DNA from: Centroscyllium fabricii
Lineage: Eukaryota
Direction of reading: 5' to 3'
Length of the DNA stretch: 64,000 nt
Assembly: GCA_051313645.2 (NCBI GenBank)
Contig: JBNRSN020000008.1
Span: 244,590,001 to 244,654,000, forward strand
Shown: positions 59,377 through 64,000 of the stretch, in pieces
Numbering within the stretch: the first letter of the stretch is position 1
Layout of the letters: each line of letters starts with the position of its first letter
Notes under the pieces: model-generated
Database searches by the model: none
What the model was told of the DNA's origin: nothing
What the model saw: the letters and a program-made list of their open reading frames with translations, nothing else
Translations under genes and position numbers: made by a program

Positions 59377-62300
59377 TGTGACCGAAATAACGACCTCGTG
59401 CATGAGTAGTTAGAAGGGTGAAACAATGCGGTTTTTATTCACTAAATGGTGGACATGCACCAGGTAGTCGACCGTCCCCAGGAATGGCCGGGGGATGGGA
59501 GACGGCCTCTTATATACCTCCTCCTGGGAGGGAGGAGTCGCGGGCGGAGCCAGCCTGGGCATGTCCAGGTAATCTTACAACAGGTTATACAGGTTATGGA
59601 TATAAGCATGATTACAGAGATACATCATAGGGTGGGTACATACAATGGGAACAGTGGGAAACAGTGGTTTATCAAATTCACCCCTTCTTTAAAACAAAAG
59701 TCCGGCGGGGTGAATGCAACAGTTCTTTTATTTATTTATAAATTAAGTCGCTCCGGCGGCCTGGTGATCCTGGTTGAGCGTCACACCGCTGCTGGTGTCC
59801 GCGGTCGTGGAGTGGCCGGCCGAGTTGGTTGTAATGATGGTGCTGATGCTGGTTGGCGAGCGGTGATCGTCGGTTGGTTTCTGGGTGGTGGTGCCCTTAT
59901 ACTGACAGTAGGAGGCGTGCTCTCTCCCTCGTCGTCTGACTCTAGGGGGCGTGCACTGTGGAGCCATGCTGGAGGCCATGCCGTGCTGCTCCCAGGTGCC
60001 GGGTGGACGTACCGGGGTGCTGGGTCCTCGTGCCGGGGAGCGTACCTTGGCGCCGGTGGCCCGGGTGGCGTGACTGGCCACGGTAGCCTGGGTGGGGTAG
60101 CTGGCCATCCTGGGTGCGCGGGCTGTTGTGCGGGGCTGGGCTTGGGAACTCCTGCTGGCGCCAGGTCCTTGATGGACACTGTGTCCTCCCTCGCATCGGG
60201 GTACGCCACAGAGGCGTACTGGGGATTGGCATGCAGGAGATGGACCCGTTCGACCAGGGGATCTGCCTTGTGGCCCCTCACGTGCTTCCGTATTATGACC
60301 GGTCCCGGGGATAGTAGCCACGATGGTAGCGAGGTCCCGGAAGCCGACTTCCTGGGGAAGGCAAAAAGTCGTTTGTGAGGGGTGGCATTAGTGGCAGTAC
60401 ACAGGAGGGACCGGATAGAGTGGAGCGCTTCGGGGAGAACGTCCTGTCACCGGGAGACTGGGAGGCTTTTAGACCATAGGGCTAACAGGATGGCCTTCCA
60501 GACAGTGGCGTTCTCCCTCTCTACCTGCCCGTTCCCCCGGGGGTTGTAGCTGGTAGTTCTGCTAGTCGCGATGCCCTTGGCTAGCAGAAACTGACGCAGC
60601 TCGTCACTCATAAAGGACGCTCCCCGGTCACTATGAATATAGTTGGGATAGCCGAACAGGGAGAAGATGCTGTGGAGGGCTTTGATGACAGTGGCGGAGG
60701 TCATGTCCGGGCAGGGGATGGCAAAGGGGAAGCAGGAGTACTCATCAATCACGTTGAGGAAGTACACATTCCTGTTGGAGGAGGGAAGGGGCCCTTTGAA
60801 ATCGACGCTGAGTCGTTCAAAGGGGCGAGTGGCCTTGATCAAGTGCGCCCGGTCTGGCCGGTAGAAGTGCGGCTTGCACTCCGCGCAGACCTGGCAATTG
60901 CTGGTCAGGGTCTTGACCTCCTCGATGGAGTAGGGGAGGTTGCGGGACTTCACGAAGTGAACCAACCTGGTGACCCCCGGGTGGCAGAGGTCATTGTGTA
61001 AGGTTTGGAGGCGGTCTGTCTGTGCACCGGCACAGGTACCGCGGGATAGGGCGTCTGGGGGTTCGTTAAATTTCCCGGGCCGGTACAAGATATCATAATT
61101 AAACGCGGAGAGTTCAATTCTCCACCTTAATATCTTGTCATTCTTGATTTTACCCCGCTCTTTGTTGTTGAAAATAAAAGCGACTGATCGTTGGTCAGTC
61201 AACAGGGTAAAACGCTTGCTGGCCAGGTAGTGCTTCCAGTGATGCACTGCTTCAACGATGGCCTGGGCCTCCTTCTCGACTGAGGAGTGGCCATTCTCGG
61301 GGACCTGGAGGGTGCGTGAGAAGAAGGCCACAGGTCTGCCCGCCTGGTTAAGGTTGGCGGCCAGGGCAAAGTCCGATGCATCGCTCTCTACTTGAAACAG
61401 GACGGACTCGTCCACAGTGTGCATCGTGGCATTTGCGATGTCATTCTTAATGCTACAGAACGCCGAGCGGGCTTCTGCTGACAGGGGAAATAGGTGGATT
61501 TAAGCAGTGGGCGAGCTTTGTCCGCGTAATTGGGGACCCACTGGGCATAATATGCAAAGAACCCCAAGCACCATTTAAGGGCCTTGGGGGAGTGGGGGAG
61601 GGTGAGCTCCATGAGGGGGCGCATGCGGTCCGGGTCGGGACCGATGACCCCATTCTCCACAATACTGCCGAGGATGGCCAGGCGGGTGGTACTGAACACA
61701 CATTTTTCAGTGTTATAGGTCAGATTAAGTGTTTTGGCGGTGTGGAGAAATTTCTGGAGGTTAGCGTCATGGTCCTGCTGATCGTGGCCGCAGATGGTCA
61801 CATTATCGAGGTACGGGAAAGTGGCTCGCAGCCCGTACTGATCGACCATTCGGTCCATCTCTCTCTGGAAGACCGAGACCCCATTCGTGATGCCAAACGG
61901 GACCCTAAGGAAGTGGTAGAGGCGACTGTCAGCCTCGAAGGCTGTATAGAGATGGTCCTCTGGGCGGATGGGAAGCTGGTGATATGCGGACTTCAGATCT
62001 ATGATGGAGAACACCCGGAACTGCGCAATCTGATTCACCATGTCCGCTATCCGGGGGAGGGGGTAAGCTTCTAGCTGGGTGAACCGGTTTATGGTCTGAC
62101 TGTAGTCAACGACCATCCGGTTCTTCGCTCCGGTTTTCACCACCGCTACCTGCGCCCTCCAGGGGCTATTACTGGCCTCGATAACCCCCTCCTTCAGGAG
62201 GCGCTGCACCTCGGACTTGATAAAGTCCATGTCCCCAGCACTGTAGCGCCTACTCTTGGTGGCGACGGGCTTGCAGTCTGGGGTGAGGTTGGCAAAGAGC

Positions 62301-64000
62301 GAAGGAGGGGCGACCTTAAGGGTCGAGAGGCCACAGGTAGCGCGCCGAGGGTGCGGCGCCGAGCGCTGGTTTATGACTGTGAGCGGGGGAAGGGGCCCAC
62401 CGTACGCCATGGTAATGCTTTGGAGATGGCACTGGAAGTCCAGACCCAATAGTAATGGAGCGCAGAGCTGCGGCAGCATGAAAAAGCTAAAATTATCAAA
62501 ATGCACGCCCTGTACAGTTAGGGCCACTGCGCAACGCCCAGAGACGTCCGCGGATTCAGATTTAGAAGCCATTGATATTCTTTGGCTCGAAGGCATAACC
62601 TTAAGGGAGAGGCGCTTTACTGTCTCCGGATGAACAAAACTCACCGTGCTCCCACTGTTGAAATGGCACACCACGTGCTGTCCGTTCACTCCCACCGGCA
62701 TCATCGATTTCCCAAGCGATTGGGTCTTGTTCTGGTCGAGAGTTACTGATGCTAAAATTGGGTCAGCCGATTCCTCTTGATCCGCAGAGTAGTCCTCTGG
62801 GACCTGTCCCCAAGATGGCTGCCGCCATGCGGTGTACTGCGGAGGGGGTGGCTGGGTCCAATATGGTGACTGCTGCCACGTGGGGTGCTGAGTGGGGGAT
62901 GGTTGAGTCCAATATGGCTGCTCCCATGTTCCACACGCGGCGCTGCCCGGTTTCGGTTTCGGGGTTGATGTGGTCGCCTTACAGACTTTGCCATAATGTC
63001 CCTTTTTACCACATTTTGAGCAGGCCGCTTCTCTTGCCGGGCAGCTACGTCTCGGGTGCTGAGACTGCCCGCATAAGTAACATTTAGCCGTCTTTGCGTG
63101 AGCGGCTGCGATCATTTCTTCCGCCGGCCGTTGCGCCGGCGTTGTCCAAGATGGTGGGGCTGGGCCCACATAGTTGCCGAAATACGACGAGAGGTTTAGC
63201 GAGGCCACGTCCAGCGCGTGTCCCAGATCCGTTGTTGCCTGCAAGTCAAGGCCGTTCTGCTCTAACAGCCTCTGTCTTATATATTCCGACCTGAGGCCTG
63301 TCACATATGCATCTCTGATTAGACTGTCCACATGGATCTGGGCCGATAGTGCTCTGCAGTCACAGGCCCGTGAAAGCACTCTCAGCGCTCTTAAAAATTC
63401 CACGCTGGACTCACCGGGTTGCTGCTTCCTGGTGGCTAGGAGATGTCTGGCGTGGACGATATTGGGTGCCCGGTTTTACTCCGCCTTGAGGATCCTGATA
63501 GCATCCAAGTATGATGATGCTTCCACTATCATGGAGTACACCTGAGGGCCCACCCGGGCGTTGAGGAGCCGCCATTTGTCCTCTTCGGTCCTGACGACTG
63601 CTGCATTCGCTCTCAGGTACGCATCGAAAACACTATACTAGTGTGTAAATGTGTTTGATGCGCCTGGTGTCCGGGGGTCCAGTTCAAACGTTGCTGGCTT
63701 GAGCATAGCTTCCATCTTCAAAATTTAGTGAATAAAATTGTGACCGAAATAACGACCTCGTGGATGAGTAGTTAGAAGGGTGAAACAATGCGGCTTTTAT
63801 TCACTAAATGGTGGACATGCACCAGGTAGTCGACCGTCCCCAGGAATGGCCGGGGGATGGGAGACGGCCTCTTATATACCTCCTCCTGGGAGGGAGGAGT
63901 CGCGGGCGGAGCCAGCCTGGGCATGTCCAGGTAATCTTACAAAAGGTTATACAGGTTATGGATATAAGCATGATTACAGAGATACATCATAGGGTGGGTA
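59377..64000 (-). mobile_element. Gypsy LTR retrotransposon; 3' LTR 59377-59674, 5' LTR from 63739 past the window edge
   Basis: Direct repeats with 3 differences over the 262 visible bp; PPT aaagaaggggtgaa; no TGG-type PBS. The inner LTR boundary is inferred because the partner end is outside the window. Confidence 0.95.
59736..63715 (-). pseudogene. Gag-pol, disabled (pieces 61388-63403, 60447-61424, C-terminus to 59736)
   Basis: CCHC knuckles, protease FNSGS (Asn at the catalytic Asp position), IDLKSAYHQ, VPFGITNG, YLDN, SDASD, VDFKGP, HSDRG, GNGQVER; stops and frameshifts. Confidence 0.95.

Noticed and set aside
59446-60378. 310-aa plus-strand Gly/Ala-rich ORF and similar antisense ORFs over retroelements
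   Set aside because: Shadow frames of GC-rich pol or LTR sequence with no recognisable domain.

Overview
Eukaryotic, repeat-dense DNA, most likely from a cartilaginous fish (tRNA-derived SINE with a CR1-type tail, abundant CR1 LINEs, Penelope-like elements, Harbinger elements). No prokaryotic genes, CRISPR arrays, rRNA or tRNA genes were found. Positions ~448-11595 are a 35/36-bp satellite with higher-order duplication, interrupted by two copies of a solo LTR and by a 2.5-kb two-LTR mini-element. The only host gene is a CEACAM-like Ig-superfamily locus on the minus strand. It has two tandem promoter-leader-IgV(N) cassettes (34567-35101, 36519-37049), a disabled A-type IgC exon (22323-22596) and an open B-type IgC exon whose splice donor looks mutated, so it reads into a stop codon and a polyA signal. 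The rest is nested transposons: CR1, Penelope elements carrying minimal hammerhead ribozymes, Harbinger elements (transposase plus a spliced Myb-like gene) and their MITEs, a full-length chromodomain Gypsy, a Gypsy nested in a Gypsy, and a further Gypsy running off the right edge. Most notable: (i) two sequence-divergent Gypsy elements lack a tRNA PBS, and their post-LTR leader is instead complementary to their own polyA-signal region; (ii) Tf1-type self-priming complementarity co-varies between a full chromovirus and a non-coding mini-element; (iii) Penelope hammerheads; (iv) a possibly secreted CEACAM with alternative N domains. All alignments and counts were made by eye, so boundaries of degraded repeats are approximate.
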